Source: Macrostomum lignano (lineage: Eukaryota). From it: DNA of 64,000 nt. The stretch lies in NCBI GenBank assembly GCA_002269645.1, contig NIVC01003090.1:1-64000 (forward strand). Direction: 5' to 3'. How positions within the stretch are numbered: position 1 is the first letter of the stretch; every line of letters starts with the position of its first letter. The position numbers were made by a program, and so were the translations under genes. The notes under the pieces are model-generated. The model did not search any database, had not been told where the DNA came from, and saw only the letters and a list, made by a program, of their open reading frames with translations. This document shows positions 14,401 to 26,644 of this stretch, piece by piece.

Positions 14401-16254
14401 CCAGCTGATCGAATCTGATCGTATAGTCTGAAGACAGCTAAGATGAGCCACTCGAGGATCACTCGAACTATCTGTATAACAGCATGTACATGTACATGTA
14501 CGTATATAGTGGCCGCGATGAAAAACTTAATGTTTGTTGCTGCATGCCAATAAGATTTGTCTCGGTACAAACCCAATCAAATTTACTGCAGTACGAATCG
14601 TACGCTCGTACTCGCGCACCACCGCATCACCACAACCTATTGTCGACAAGGTGCTGGCATGTGTTTGCTTAGATCGAGTAGTTTAATTCTTTTATCTCCG
14701 AATAAAACACACCAGGTGGCTGATTAGCAATAACAGCATTTTACAAAAATATTACCCATTCAATCTTTTGAGCTAAATGAGCTGGTCTTCTTCCGCATGT
14801 TACATGTATATGTTTTGTAAATGGTTTTAAATACACTGCGATCATGTCGACCACCCTTTCGATAGAGCTAGTGCACTGAAGTATATGGCATTTTGTACGG
14901 TTAGCAGTAAGATATATCTAAATAAAGCCAATATCTTGTCACTTTTGTTGCAAATTAAGTGGGGGACTTAGTCACTAAGGCCTCGCGATTACAGTATATT
15001 TGAATTTTGATCTCAGGTCCTCTACTAGCTAAGCAACCCAACAAACTAAGCAGCTCATTAAGATGATTGAAGGGGTACTACGTTTTCAGTATTACGATTA
15101 CACACACAAATCCACACATGTATTCACGTATACGTATAATATGCTGAACTAAATACGCATACGGCATACTAAATTTCATTCCCTACAATATACACTCCGG
15201 CAGCAAATTTGATGAAAATAAAAGCCGGAAATATAAACATTCTATCAAAACGTAAGCTAGTAAAACAATCGCAAAAGCTTATTCCAGACCTCAGATAGAC
15301 ATAAGTTGAAAAAGCAATCCTTTTCAATAAAAAATGAAAGCAAGTCTAGCACACATTAGCATAAAAAATACAGGCCTTTGCATTTTTAAAGCGAAACCCA
15401 ACCCGTGACGAGGCTGAACAGCCTGTCGACAATGCTTATTTTTTCCCAGCGGGGCGGCCCGTAAGCAGTTCATATGAGTATGACTAGTACTGGTTTCTGG
15501 TTCTCTTCCGCTATCAAAAATAGGCTTATCTTTTTCCTTTTAAAGGGTTTTATAGATTTACAAGAGCGTGCCGTCGGTATACCGACCCGAGAATTGAGAA
15601 ATATGTAGGCAGAACCTTAATTACTTTAATATGCCTTAACTACTACCCGAGTGCCGAATACTATCATATTCATATCACTAATTTGTAAAACAGTGCAAGG
15701 TTGTGAAATCAAGTTTGTGTTAGGCCAAATTTATAAGTAATCTTAAATTTATAGTATCGGAAAATATAGTTAAAGAGCTTATCCTATATGAATTTATCTT
15801 ATAATATACAAAGTCAAAATGGAGGGCTTTGTCTTTGTGTTGCATGCAGACTAGGCTTACTAGGCCTATTAATAGTTTTTCCTAAATAAACTTAATTTAT
15901 TTGCTAGGCCTACATATAACTCAGCAACATGGTAAAATTCACACCTAAAACCAATGGTAATTTGGTAAACATGTGTCAGCTTTAATAATCTAGGCCTAAC
16001 TTTAGTCATAACTTTTCATTGTCTTCTCCATAGACTATACTTATAGCTATACTGCCTATACTATAGCTAGGGCCTTGTAAAATAAATTATATCCACAGTT
16101 AAGACAAGAACTGTAAGTATAATATAATAACTTAACAAGACAAAAAGTCATAGCCTAGTCTTAGCTTAGGCATAGGCCTTAATATAAATAATTGCATCAC
16201 TTTACTTGGAGCCTAGGGCCCTAGGATAGAATTTTTGCATTATATCTTAAATAT

Positions 16255-17788
16255 GGTAATGGCTAGAGTTCTGGCACCAGAACCCATTTTCTAGTGGCTA
16301 TGGATCCAGTAGACTTCTATAGGCAATTATCTACTAATGAAATCTTTGAATATTAGAAGTATTTTATTTAAATCTCATCATTTAATTTTGATCATATCTT
16401 GAACAAAATCTCCATATCAACTACCCAGGATGGAATTCTTGTATTTCTTAAGTCAAACGGAATTATGCAATTTTTTTATGGCGCACAAAATATTTTTTAT
16501 TGGTCGCATTTTTTATTTTGGTACTTAGCACGTCACAAAATAACAAAATAACAAAATAACAGACAATAATGAAAAATGAATTCTAAGAAAATGTAGTGAT
16601 TTGAATTTTCATCCAAATACATATGTTAGAGAATGTTACGAGTTTCTACTTTTTATATAATTTTTTCGAATTTTTACTTTTGTGCCTTATTTAGTTTTTA
16701 CTTTTTATTCTTTTTTTCTTCGTGATCTTAGCTAGTAGGGTTATCTTTTGCAAAATCCAATATCTCAAGCGCACTTTTGCATATATTAAGAATTAGCAAT
16801 TTTGTCTGAAATTCTGCGACACATTTTTTTCTGGATTTTTTGATGCAAAATCGCATTTTTTTCTCGCAATTGCATAATGCATTGTGATTTTTCTGCAAGA
16901 ATTCTATCCAGGTCAACTATCCATTAAAAAGTAAAATGTTTTTGCTATATTTATATCTATAAATTGCACTATTGAAATTGTGCTTGGCCTATTAGCTCTG
17001 TCTTTCTAGAATCTTAACTATTGGCCTTTGCCTAGTCATATTTCTTATGAGCTGCCACCAAAGTTGTCCTTCTATTTAATTAATGTACCTTTGCATGAAA
17101 ACTTATATTCTTATTATTAGTATTGTATCTGCTTTTCTATCTACTTTTACTAGTAGCATCTACTTATCTTATTGGTAGCATCTATATATATACTGTATTC
17201 TTTGGCCTGAGTGGTTTAATGGCACTGTCTACTTTATTTACTCCTATAAGTTTTCTCTCAGTCCTGGGCATTCCCTGGATCAGAAGGTCATGGCTTTATG
17301 CACTTTCCCTGCCTTGAGGTGATCTTTCTTACCATGAGGTGGTTTTTCTTGCCCTAAGGCATTTTACACCCTCTCTAAGGTTATTGCCCTAAGGAGATTC
17401 TTGCTTCTTAGCGGTCTTCTAGTAATAGTCCCAATTTGGGGTTTTATACTCTAAGAAATGAGTAAGTCAATTTGAACAACTGCTTATTATTATTATTAAA
17501 TTTGCTTGAAGTCAAATGACAATTTGAGAAGATGCCTTTCTTGGCCTGCTTCAGGGCTTCTATTTATTCTTACTTGTCTATATATTTAAAACAACAAACT
17601 TTAATTTTGTAGAATATTATTGGCACACACAACATTTAAACAAAGTTATTAATTTTTGGCAGAAATTCAAATACTATATTTTCTAAGAAATAGATTGTTT
17701 GAGTATATACTATACTATCTCAGAATATTACTGCTAGATGTATAGCTATTAGAAAATGGGTTTTAGTGCTGGAACTCTAGCTATTGCC
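16255..17788. mobile_element. Non-autonomous Mutator-like DNA element (~58-bp TIRs, 9-bp TSD)
   Basis: Left GGTAATGGCTAGAGTTCTGGCACCAGAACCCATTTTCTAG..., reverse complement of right GGCAATAGCTAGAGTTCCAGCACTAAAACCCATTTTCTAA.... Flanks CTTAAATAT (16246-16254) and CCTAAATAT (17789-17797). Superfamily is inferred from TSD length. Confidence 0.75.
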
Positions 17789-18376
17789 CCTAAATATATT
17801 CTATTTATAAGCCTAAAAAACTTGCATATTATTGACAAATTTTTGTAATCATGTAAAATCTTGACCTTGTACAATAAAAAAACTTAAAAGTTAGTATGAC
17901 TTTGTTTATTATATCCTTTGACTAAAGGTCCAATAAAATGGAAATGGTTTTGTGTCATTGCAATTAAACTTATTTGCATCTCATTTGTTAGCAAGATAGG
18001 AATAGCTAGCTAGGCTGTAGACTTTAACATTTAGGCTATAGACTAAGACTACAATACTAAAAGGACAGATCTTAGAGATTTAATATGTTTGAATTTTTTA
18101 TGAATTCTATGAAGCATCTTACATAGATTTAAATGTAAAATGTAAAAAGATTTATTAGAGATTTAGTATATACTAGAGCGTTATGGACATTCAAGCATAC
18201 AAACCTTAGAGATTTAGTATATTTAGATATATATATATATATATCTAAAAGAAAATATAGACTAGCAAGTAGACTACTTTGTAGAAAAAAAAACAATTTA
18301 TAATTTACAAAACCTATTAGGCAATTTATAGCCATATTTATTAGTTGACAATTTATAGCTATACCATTTCAACCAT

Positions 18377-18674
18377 CATACATGCGCAACAGTCGGCCGA
18401 GTCGGCCGATCCGGCCGACCAATTTGGCGGCCAATCAAGGAAGTCGCAAAAATGCCCACCCAAAAAATAACCTGAAGAGTAGTACTAAGTAGCTGACGAG
18501 GCATTTCAGCTTAATAAAACAGTCATAGTTACTCCTGCCGTTTACCCAAAGTTGCGTTAATTTTGCTTTCGGGTTTTTTTATATGTAAGTCGCATTTTTG
18601 GCCAAAAACTACGTCGCATTTTTGTTAAAACTAAGTCGCACGGCTGACCGAATTTTGGAGGTTGCACATGTATG
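18377..18674. mobile_element. 298-bp hAT-type MITE
   Basis: TIR CATACATGCGCAAC / GTTGCACATGTATG (1 mismatch); perfect 8-bp TSD TCAACCAT (18369-18376 and 18675-18682). Confidence 0.88.
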
Positions 18675-18992
18675 TCAACCATTTTACTTATACCCATTAG
18701 TTGATAATATGCAGTCATATCCATTAGCAAATTTATAGTTATATCCATTAGAAAGTTTATAGTCAAACATTGATAATTTGCAATATTATCTATAGATGCC
18801 TAAAATCACTTATAGACAATTAAAAATAGGCTTTCACCATAAGCATAAAAATCACCATTTGAAACAAGGCTCTATCATAAGCTCAAAAAGGTAGAAGCAA
18901 AAAAATCATGTAAAAAGTTTAATAACCATCATCACAAGCTTGATAAGTTCAAAAAGTTAAATTGTTGAAAACTTATTTAGCAACCATTATCA

Positions 18993-19923
18993 TGTTACGC
19001 TCCTTCCCAAGTTCTTGAAGATATTCCTAGAAATAGAACTCGTTGCTCCGGAAGTAGCTAGATAGCACAGTTGTATTACCTATCAATTTGCCTATAATTG
19101 AACCTAAAACGTTAGCCTTAACTTGGTAGGGTTTCTACCACCTTGGTGTGCAGACTCAATGCGTCAGCAGAGTTGTCTATCTGTCACCTGAAATAAAATA
19201 ACAAAATCGCTCGGAGCAAAGGCAAATCTGACAAATGTCTTAATAGTCAATTGACTTAGTAGAATGCTGCTCAAACCTGAAAACCTGAAATGAGAGAGGA
19301 GAGCTTGGAGGAGGCTTCACAAGTTAGCCACAATGCTCTGCAAGACAACGCAATAAAAGCGAGGGTCCGCAATGCTTGCAATGAACGCAATCTGGAAAAA
19401 AATGGCTCACAGATGCTCCATATTTATAGCTGAGTAGACCCCCAAAAGTCACATGAGTTTCATGTGCTAAGCGCGTGAAACTTCCTTATTTGGTCCTCAG
19501 AATCATGCGAGCAAGGTGTGATCTAAGGCCAACTTCCAAATAAGGCAAGCCTGTCACGCAGCAGTGGCGTGACTCAAGGTCAGTGGCCACGCACAGTGTG
19601 CGTGCACAGTCACGTGCTTTTCTGTGCTAAAAATAGAACTTAGGTGGATGAGTCATCCTGTTTACTCCCTCTAGGCACCCTTTACACTCTGCGCTGATAA
19701 TGAGTCATCCTGTTACAATTCCTCAGTGCAGGAGGGGAAGATATTGAGTGTGGCTGCTGTGCCCGCTCAAGCAATGAGTCATTGGGCAGTAAACACTTAA
19801 GCCCAGCACAGGGTAACTCTCTCACTAGATCAGGTAGACTGAGCTGCTGTGCAGTGGATCACAGCACTCTTAGGAACAGCTAGTGAATGCTGCTAAATAG
19901 CCAGTTAGCAGCCAGTCACTACA
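18993..19923 (-). mobile_element. 3' LTR (931 bp) of an LTR retrotransposon, copy A
   Basis: Minus strand begins TGTAGTG and ends CGTAACA; immediately preceded by polypurine tract GATGGGGAGAG (19924-19934); TATAAATA at 19428-19421; co-oriented ORFs upstream; homologous copy at ~44030-45085. Confidence 0.85.
19484..19781. promoter_or_regulatory. LTR U3 enhancer: two perfect CArG boxes and four perfect AP-1 sites
   Basis: CCTTATTTGG 19484-19493, CCAAATAAGG 19536-19545; TGACTCA 19570; TGAGTCA 19649, 19701, 19775. Motif presence only, no binding data. Confidence 0.6.
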
Positions 19924-20482
19924 CTCTCCCCATCGAAATTAAATTGTAGCAGCAAAACGATGATTCAATTTATTTGAAAAGAACAATTTGGCTCTAATAA
20001 GGCCACACCGAAAATTGAGTATTTTTTGCAATAAATTTGACTACAAAAACGAAGTGCCTACAAAAAGATGGTGTACTAAAGTAAGGCAGCGTTGAATTAT
20101 ACATATGCATGATTGCTTACATTGTAAAATGTTTGATTAAGTAAAAAGCATATTTAAGTTGATTGGTTTGCATAAAAAGAAAGAGATTTAATGAGATTAG
20201 TTTTCATTATTGCTAAAAACTTTTGATGAATGAGAAATTAGGAGATAAATTGAAAAGTTTGATTTTGACTGCAAGTTGAAGCAAAAGTTCATAAATTTTA
20301 AAGTTGTTACTGCACTTATTGTTATACTAAAAGTGATGATGTTAGAAACGCAAAAAATTGCCAAAACCATCCAGCATCTCGTCGGCTTGCTCCAGGAAAA
20401 ATAGAAGTTTTAGAATCGCCAATTCAAGCATTGTGGCATGCAGTGGATGCAGCAGGAGGGCTTCGGCGGCTTTATGGGCAAT

Positions 20483-21488
20483 CTAAGTAATGGCCCGTCG
20501 TCTTTCCTCAGGTGCGGCCACACGAAACTCTTCTCGGATGCGGTCGGACCATCTGCGGCAGAGCTGTCCTTTGAGCCCGGCCGCTACTAGCAACTCCGTG
20601 AGAGCGACTATGGCCCCTTCCTTGACGATACTTGAGCGGTCGACTTGGGTTGTGGCATCCGTCTGCGGTGGCCGGGCCCAGATAGTGGCACTGATGGCCT
20701 CTGCTAATTCCGATCGACTGAACAAGCGGGGCGGCGACGGGACAGAGGACGGTCGGCGGAAGCGTGGTGTTGGCGGCATGGGCAGCATTGGGTAGTCGTC
20801 TAGGTTTACGATGTCTGGTTGTGGCGGCGGCGTCAGCACGCCCAAATACTGCGCCAGCGGCGGCGATTGCGGCTGGGGCGGAGTGTCCAGAACGTCCCCG
20901 CGGATCCATCAGCGCTGGAGGTGCTGCGTCCGACGAAGCCCGTGCGTTTGGAGCCAAGAGTTCTTGAAGCGCCGGGAGCAGCTCTTCGCTTGGCTCCTCT
21001 TGTAGAGAGCTCGATACACTGCCAATCAGATCGAGCACATTCTCGGCTTCGTTCGGGCGCTGTTGTACTAGTGAATGGTACGCCGGCGGCTCTGCTGGTG
21101 GCTGCGCCGGTGGAGAGACAGGCCGTTCTGGCGAGATTGCGGTCTCTCGCGCTTTGTCGGCAGCCGGCAGTTGGGCGCCAGCAGCAATCGCCTGCGGTGG
21201 ATCAAGCCGGAGCCTGATGGCGGCGGCACGCTCTCTGGCGACCGCGAGGCGATTGCCGAGGTGAGGCGGCTGCAGCGGCGCCAGCCTGCGCACTTCGATG
21301 TTTGCTTCTTGTCGCGGACGCTCGTCCCAACGGCTTCGTCGACGGCGAGCCGGGTCTTGGCTGGGCACCGGAATGATGCGTGTTCGGTTGACTGGTAGAG
21401 TGGGCCGCGTCCGTTTGCGCCCACTGGCCGGCGGGGGCGTCCGGGACGGTTCTCGATCTCGGCGCCTCTTATTTTCTTTGCCAGTCAT
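20483..21488 (-). CDS. Accessory ORF of the LTR element (basic/Pro-rich, no signal peptide or TM helix seen), probably with one frameshift near 20900
   Basis: ATG 2 nt after the stop of the pol-tail ORF. The 326-aa ORF overlaps a more protein-like frame (...DVLDTPPQPQSPPLAQYLGVLTPPPQP...SELAEAISATIW...IVALTELLVAAGL...) ending at 20483. Lies between the pol tail and the PPT. Confidence 0.5.
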
Positions 21489-21490
21489 TT

Positions 21491-22196
21491 TTAGTTTTGC
21501 TTTTCAGCGCTGGAACTGGCACGAGGCCGGCGAAAGAGGTTAATTAACCGGCTCAAGTAGGACTTTGACTTTGGTTTAAGAACCAAGCGGTCAGGTTCCT
21601 TTCGAGCCCTAACTGGCCTGTCATTGACGGCCCATTCAATTTGACTAGTGGATGGCAAATTGGCCGACAAAACATGGCTATGACATTGATTATTCCTATC
21701 AGAGTCTAAGTTAATCCTATCGCTATATCTATTTTCAGGTCGCCTAAACGGTTCGACTGTAGGAGCGGATGGAGCGTCGCAAGAATCATACGGCAGTGAC
21801 TCAAGCTCAACTCTATTCTCCATAACTTCAGGTTCATGGATGCGGACTTCAGTTGGACGTGCGCCTGGCTGAGCATCTGATCGGAGTCGCCAGCGATAGG
21901 CGGGTCTAATGTCCAGGTCGTCTTCTTCGTCAGAGTCCTCAGAGATGGCGGGGAGTGTCGCAGCTCCAGCGTCAACCTGTCAAACTCGGCGTTGATTCTT
22001 CGGGTCCGCTGGTCCTTCGAGATCTGCAATTGGATAGTCTGAAGTGGGCACAAGGAGGAGGTTCCGGCGATGAACTACCATCTCGTCCGGTCGTTCTCGA
22101 GGGTGTCGAACCTTCCGTCGAATCTAAATTTGAATAGTATAATGGGTGGCTACGCACGCTCGTGTCTATGGCCATTAACTGAAATCTCAATTCCAA
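21491..22196 (-). pseudogene. Frameshifted low-complexity C-terminal tail of retrotransposon Pol (putative)
   Basis: Overlapping short ORFs in three frames; NDRPVRARKEPDRL resembles the R-P-x-R-x-R-x-x-P-D-R motif common after Gypsy integrase; position upstream of PPT/LTR. No catalytic domain visible. Confidence 0.45.
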
Positions 22197-22224
22197 ACGA
22201 CATCATTGTCCAAATTGTCAGCTA

Positions 22225-22677
22225 GGGGTTAGAAATCAAAGTGGGTGGGGGGCAGAAATGGGGGTGTGGGGGCAAAGCCCCCACATCTAAATATCTGCCA
22301 CGTCTATGGTAAAAGCCAAGGGTTAGAAAAAATCAGTTAGTTCAGTTCCAGACAACGGCAGAACACACGAAATCATACGGAATGATATGTCTATGGTCAA
22401 GACGACGGAGTTTTAAAAAGTCGCTGTTCATTGGGCGAGTAGAACCAATTTCATAAAGTCAGAAGGCATTCATTTTCCAATCAATTGGCGCAATCTGCCT
22501 ATCGACAAATTAGACAATGTCGACTCGTTCGAACTGAACTTTATTTCCGAGACTTCAAACATCGACCGACGCGACGACGACTTTGCTGCATTCCTTGACT
22601 ACATTCAAAGTGATCGTTCTAACGATGAACTGCCGTGTCTAGATGGCGAGCAACTTGATGTTAACGAGATGGATTGA
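22225..22677 (+). mobile_element. Possible hAT-like element end with a coding C-terminal remnant
   Basis: TAGGGGTTAGAAATC start, GGGGGTGTGGGGGCAAAGCCCCC subterminal hairpin, and an 86-codon stop-free frame 22417-22677 (KVAVHWASRTNF...acidic tail). No matching second TIR found. Confidence 0.35.
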
Positions 22678-22945
22678 GTAGAAATTGAAAGCCTACCTGC
22701 CGAAATGAGGAAGCAGATGTACATTCACTGTGAACGCTTATTTAATTTCCTAGCAAGTGAGAAACTACGATAGTCATGACAACCCTGTGGCTAAGTTCTG
22801 TTTCAATGGATGCACCTTTAATCAATGCACTTGACTTACTTGACTTAGCTGCAGGGGGCGTCCGGCGGATGCAGCGAGGAGGCGGAGGAGACCGCCCATT
22901 CCGCTAGCCCCTGGCGACCAACGACTTCCATTGAAGTGGTGTCGC

Positions 22946-25885
22946 TCAGGGGGACCCGTCGGTCTCGCCTGCAGCGCGGTCCTCCTCACCGACGGTGGGG
23001 AAGAAATCAGCTTGTCCGGTGTCCCTGAGGTACCGGGCGAGCAGCGGGATGCTCTCGGGCCTGCAAATGTCGGAGAGAACCGGGTTTGGCCCGAGGTGAG
23101 TAAGCCTGGCCCTGGTGAAAACCGGGCAGTGGCAGATAAAATGCTCGGCGTTTTCACTGCCTGAGCGGCAGAAGGGGCACCGCTCCTCGGGTACTTGGCC
23201 CTGAAGGAAGCGGTGGCGAGAGAAGCAGCCATGCCCGGAGAGGGCCATGCTAACTGCTCTGAGGTCTCTGCGGTTGAGCCTGAGGAGGGCTCTACGCAGG
23301 AGAGGAGAGGGACAGGGGACGGCAGCACGGGATTGCCTACAATTCCAGGTGTCGTGCCACCTGCGGAGATGCTTGGAGTCAGCCCAGCGCTTAACGCGGG
23401 AATTGATTACCGAGGCGGGGATGGGGGCACCCGGGCCCGGCCCCAATAGCGCGCCGGCGGAGCCAGCCTTGGCCAGCAGGTCAGCGCGCTCGTTGCCAAG
23501 GAAGCCGGCGTGGCCCGGGATCCATCTGAGCTCCACCTGGTTGCCTAGCGCAAGCCCGTTGAGCTGGGTGTTGCAGTCCAGGACGGACCTGGAGCTGGCG
23601 GTGCTGCGGCAGAGGGCCCGAAGGGCTGCTTGGCTGTCAGAGTGAAAAATAAATTTCCGGCCGCTAAGTTGCCTTCGGCGCAGCTCTGCCGCGCAGGAGC
23701 TGATGGCAAGCACCTCGCTCTGAAAAACACTAGAGTTGAGCCCAGTGTGCTGGGAGTAGCTCCACACCACTTCTCCCTTGAAGAAGACGCAAGCTCCGAA
23801 GCCTGAAAGACCATGCCTCATAGAGCCGTCAGTGTAACAGTGGACTTCAGAGTCGCTCCAGCTGTCACTCGCCTCGTGTCGAGGCTGAATGGTGACCTTA
23901 TACCTTTGGCTCAGGAGAAGGGTGGCTGGGATCGAGTCCGTGAGGATGTTGAGCCTGCCACACTCCTCGAGAGCCTTGAGGCAGAGGTCAGAGTGCGGGA
24001 TAAGCGACCGCTTCTTAAAGGCCCGCACTTTCTTGAAGGCCACCCCAGCATCCAGAAGACGCCGGGTGCTCTTCGCCGCCTCTCCTTTGATATAAATATC
24101 CAAAGGAGGGGCACAGAGGAAGGCATTCATGCCTTCAAAAGGAGTAGAGGGTGGAGCGCCCATAGTCATGCGGCAGGCTCTGCCCTGGATTTTGTAGAGA
24201 GCATCGAGGTTGCTCTTGACGCTCAGGCCGCTAGCCCACACGAGGCTGGCGTAACTGATCGAGGGGCGGATGATGGCAGTGTAAATCCACCACAGCTTCC
24301 TGGGGGTGAGCCCCCAGGTGGTGCCCACGGCGCGCCTGATCTGAGCCAGTACAGCCAGGGCTTTTTTGGCTTTAGTTTGAATGTGCGGAGTCCAGTTAAG
24401 CCTGTGGTCCAGAGTGAGGCCCAGGCAGCGGACCTGCTTCTCCATGGAAATATTCTTTCCATAGAGGGTGAGGGGCTTAATGGTCCAGAGCAGTTTGTTG
24501 GTAAACATGACTGCTGTGGTTTTCGACTCTGAGAGTCTAAGGCCACATTGGTCTGCCCAACGCTCCGCTCGTCCCAGAAAGCCCTGCAGAAGGTCTCTGA
24601 TGGTATCAACCGAGGGGCCCGCGCATATCGCGGTCACATCATCGGCATAGCCCACCTTGAGAATGGGGTCGTGGAGATCACTGCAAAGCAACTCATCCAT
24701 GACCATGTTCCAGAGAACGGGGGTGAGAACGCCGCCCTGGGGGCCCCCTTTCAGGACAGGCACCAAAAGAGAGCTGCCGCTCAGGTGGGCCACAACAGTG
24801 CGGTTTCGGATCATGAACATGATCCACCGGACAAGGTGAGGGTGCGTGGCCCTGGATTCCAGGGCTCTGCAAAAGGCCTCGAAGATGACGTTGTCGAAGG
24901 CCCCCTCAATGTCCAGGAAAAGCGAGAGGGCAAAGCCGCTGCCAAGAACGGCCCTCTCCAGGAAGTCAACAATGACATGGAGAGCACTCTCGGTTGACCT
25001 GCCCGCGCAGAAGGCGTGCTGGTTCTGCGAGAGTGGGAAGCGCTTCAGCTCGACCGAAAGTAGGCGCCAAAGCACCAGTCTCTCGAGGAGCTTGAGGCAG
25101 AAAGAAGTGAGGCTGATAGGCCTGAAGGCCTTCACCGATTGGTAGTCGCTCTTTCCAGGCTTGGGGATAAAGACCACCTGGGCCTCTCTCCATGCAACTG
25201 GTACATAGCCCAGCTCCATACAAGCTTGAAGGAGACGACAGAGCAGGTCCAGGAAGCGGTGGTTTTTCACCGCCTCGTGCAAGAACGCTGGGTAGATGCC
25301 GTCGGGCCCAGGCGCCTTGAACGGGTTAAAGGACCTTGCCGCTCTAATAATGCGGTCTTTGGTGATCAAAGACTTTGCTAGGCCTTGCCCTCCCACTGTG
25401 TGGTCGGGCGGGCCCTGCTGAGTCGGAGATTTAGGGAAAAAACTGTTGAGCATGAGCTCTAGAGTCTCTTCCGAACTCTCTGTGACCGAGCCGTCAGGTC
25501 TCTTCACAACAGAGAGTTTAGAAAAACGGTCATTAGTGAGTGCCTTAACCACGCGGGCTATGGGGCGAGAGCCCTCAAGCCCTTCGCAATATTGGCGCCA
25601 CTTGGCTGTCTTGGCCCTTCTGACTTGGCCCTTAAACTCGTGGATCGCACGGGTATAGGCCTCTCTGTCAGATGGGTCTTTGGTTTTGAGCGCTCGCCTT
25701 TGGAGGGTCCTGGCTCGGCGCCGAAGGGCCCCGAGCTCTGGGTTCCACCAGGGAGCAGATTTCTTGCCTTTATAGGCCTTTAGGGGGCAGGCTGCTTCAA
25801 AGGCAGTGGTGATCGCCCCGCCCAGGGAGGAGGCGAGATCGTCCACCACCTGGCAGTCAGAGAGGTCACTGGGGGGGGGGGTCAA
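22946..25885 (-). CDS. LINE ORF2, RT plus RNase H plus C-terminal Cys/His motif (979 aa stop-free part)
   Basis: KAPGPDGI, FIPKPGK, FRPISLTS, FLDIEGAFDN, GGPQGGVLTP, GYADD; RNase H YTDGS...SEVLAI...SDSQAAL...WIPGHAGFLGNERADLLAK; CPFC..ENAEHFICHC. Confidence 0.96.
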   Translation of the reverse strand: MTPPPSDLSDCQVVDDLASSLGGAITTAFEAACPLKAYKGKKSAPWWNPELGALRRRARTLQRRALKTKDPSDREAYTRAIHEFKGQVRRAKTAKWRQYCEGLEGSRPIARVVKALTNDRFSKLSVVKRPDGSVTESSEETLELMLNSFFPKSPTQQGPPDHTVGGQGLAKSLITKDRIIRAARSFNPFKAPGPDGIYPAFLHEAVKNHRFLDLLCRLLQACMELGYVPVAWREAQVVFIPKPGKSDYQSVKAFRPISLTSFCLKLLERLVLWRLLSVELKRFPLSQNQHAFCAGRSTESALHVIVDFLERAVLGSGFALSLFLDIEGAFDNVIFEAFCRALESRATHPHLVRWIMFMIRNRTVVAHLSGSSLLVPVLKGGPQGGVLTPVLWNMVMDELLCSDLHDPILKVGYADDVTAICAGPSVDTIRDLLQGFLGRAERWADQCGLRLSESKTTAVMFTNKLLWTIKPLTLYGKNISMEKQVRCLGLTLDHRLNWTPHIQTKAKKALAVLAQIRRAVGTTWGLTPRKLWWIYTAIIRPSISYASLVWASGLSVKSNLDALYKIQGRACRMTMGAPPSTPFEGMNAFLCAPPLDIYIKGEAAKSTRRLLDAGVAFKKVRAFKKRSLIPHSDLCLKALEECGRLNILTDSIPATLLLSQRYKVTIQPRHEASDSWSDSEVHCYTDGSMRHGLSGFGACVFFKGEVVWSYSQHTGLNSSVFQSEVLAISSCAAELRRRQLSGRKFIFHSDSQAALRALCRSTASSRSVLDCNTQLNGLALGNQVELRWIPGHAGFLGNERADLLAKAGSAGALLGPGPGAPIPASVINSRVKRWADSKHLRRWHDTWNCRQSRAAVPCPSPLLRRALLRLNRRDLRAVSMALSGHGCFSRHRFLQGQVPEERCPFCRSGSENAEHFICHCPVFTRARLTHLGPNPVLSDICRPESIPLLARYLRDTGQADFFPTVGEEDRAAGETDGSP

Positions 25886-26644
25886 GATCCCGAAGGCCGC
25901 GGCTCAGCTTCGAGCCAAAGGCGGCCCAATCGGTGTTCCTGACGTTCTGACTCCAAGTGACCTTAGGCTTTTGCTTGGTCGGCCCAATGCAAAAGCGGAT
26001 AAAGCGGTGGTCCGAGAGCGAGTCCTCGTCCCACACTCGCCAGCCCGTAACTGCGGAAAGCAGTCCGGGTGAGGCGATGGTGGTGTCGATGACTTCAGCC
26101 TACCGCCCATTATTGAACATTGGTGCATTGCCCACGTTACAGAAGTTGAGGTTAGTGCTGCTGACATAGGCCAGCAGCTCCTCGCCTCTGCTATTGATGT
26201 TCTTGCTGCCCCAATGCAGGTGGTGTGCGTTCACATCCCCTGCAATGAGCAGCTCGAACCAGCATAGTCAGTAAGGTTGACTAACGCGTCGCAGACAACT
26301 GGGGCATCGCCCGGGAAATAGGCAGAAGCTACCAGCATAGGTTTATTGGGAATGAGGTTATTGATTTGAACAACACAGATGTCCCCAGTCGAGAGATCAG
26401 GTCTCATCCATGCCTCAAAAGCTTTTGCAGCAAAGACCAGAGATCTTGGGCGAGGCTAAGAGCCCGCCATGCAAAAACAGTGGTAGCCAGATGGCACATT
26501 ATTTGGCTTACCTTTAGTCATCCAGGGCTCCTGTACGAAGACCAGGCCCGGAAGCTGTTGCTCTGCCGTGCGCATCAGGTTGACCGACGCCGCCACGCAG
26601 TGCTGGGTGTTGATCTGCAGACACTAGGTAGTCGCTGGCATCAT
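25886..26644 (-). pseudogene. LINE ORF2 APE endonuclease domain, disrupted
   Basis: MMPATT*CLQINTQH..VFVQEPW..ASAYFP..LIAGDVNAHH..WGS..IDTTIAS..SLSDHRFI. Three in-frame TAG stops, one frameshift near 26250 and one in the poly-G run at ~25871-25880. The ATG overlaps the ORF1 stop (ATGA, 26644-26641). Confidence 0.88.
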
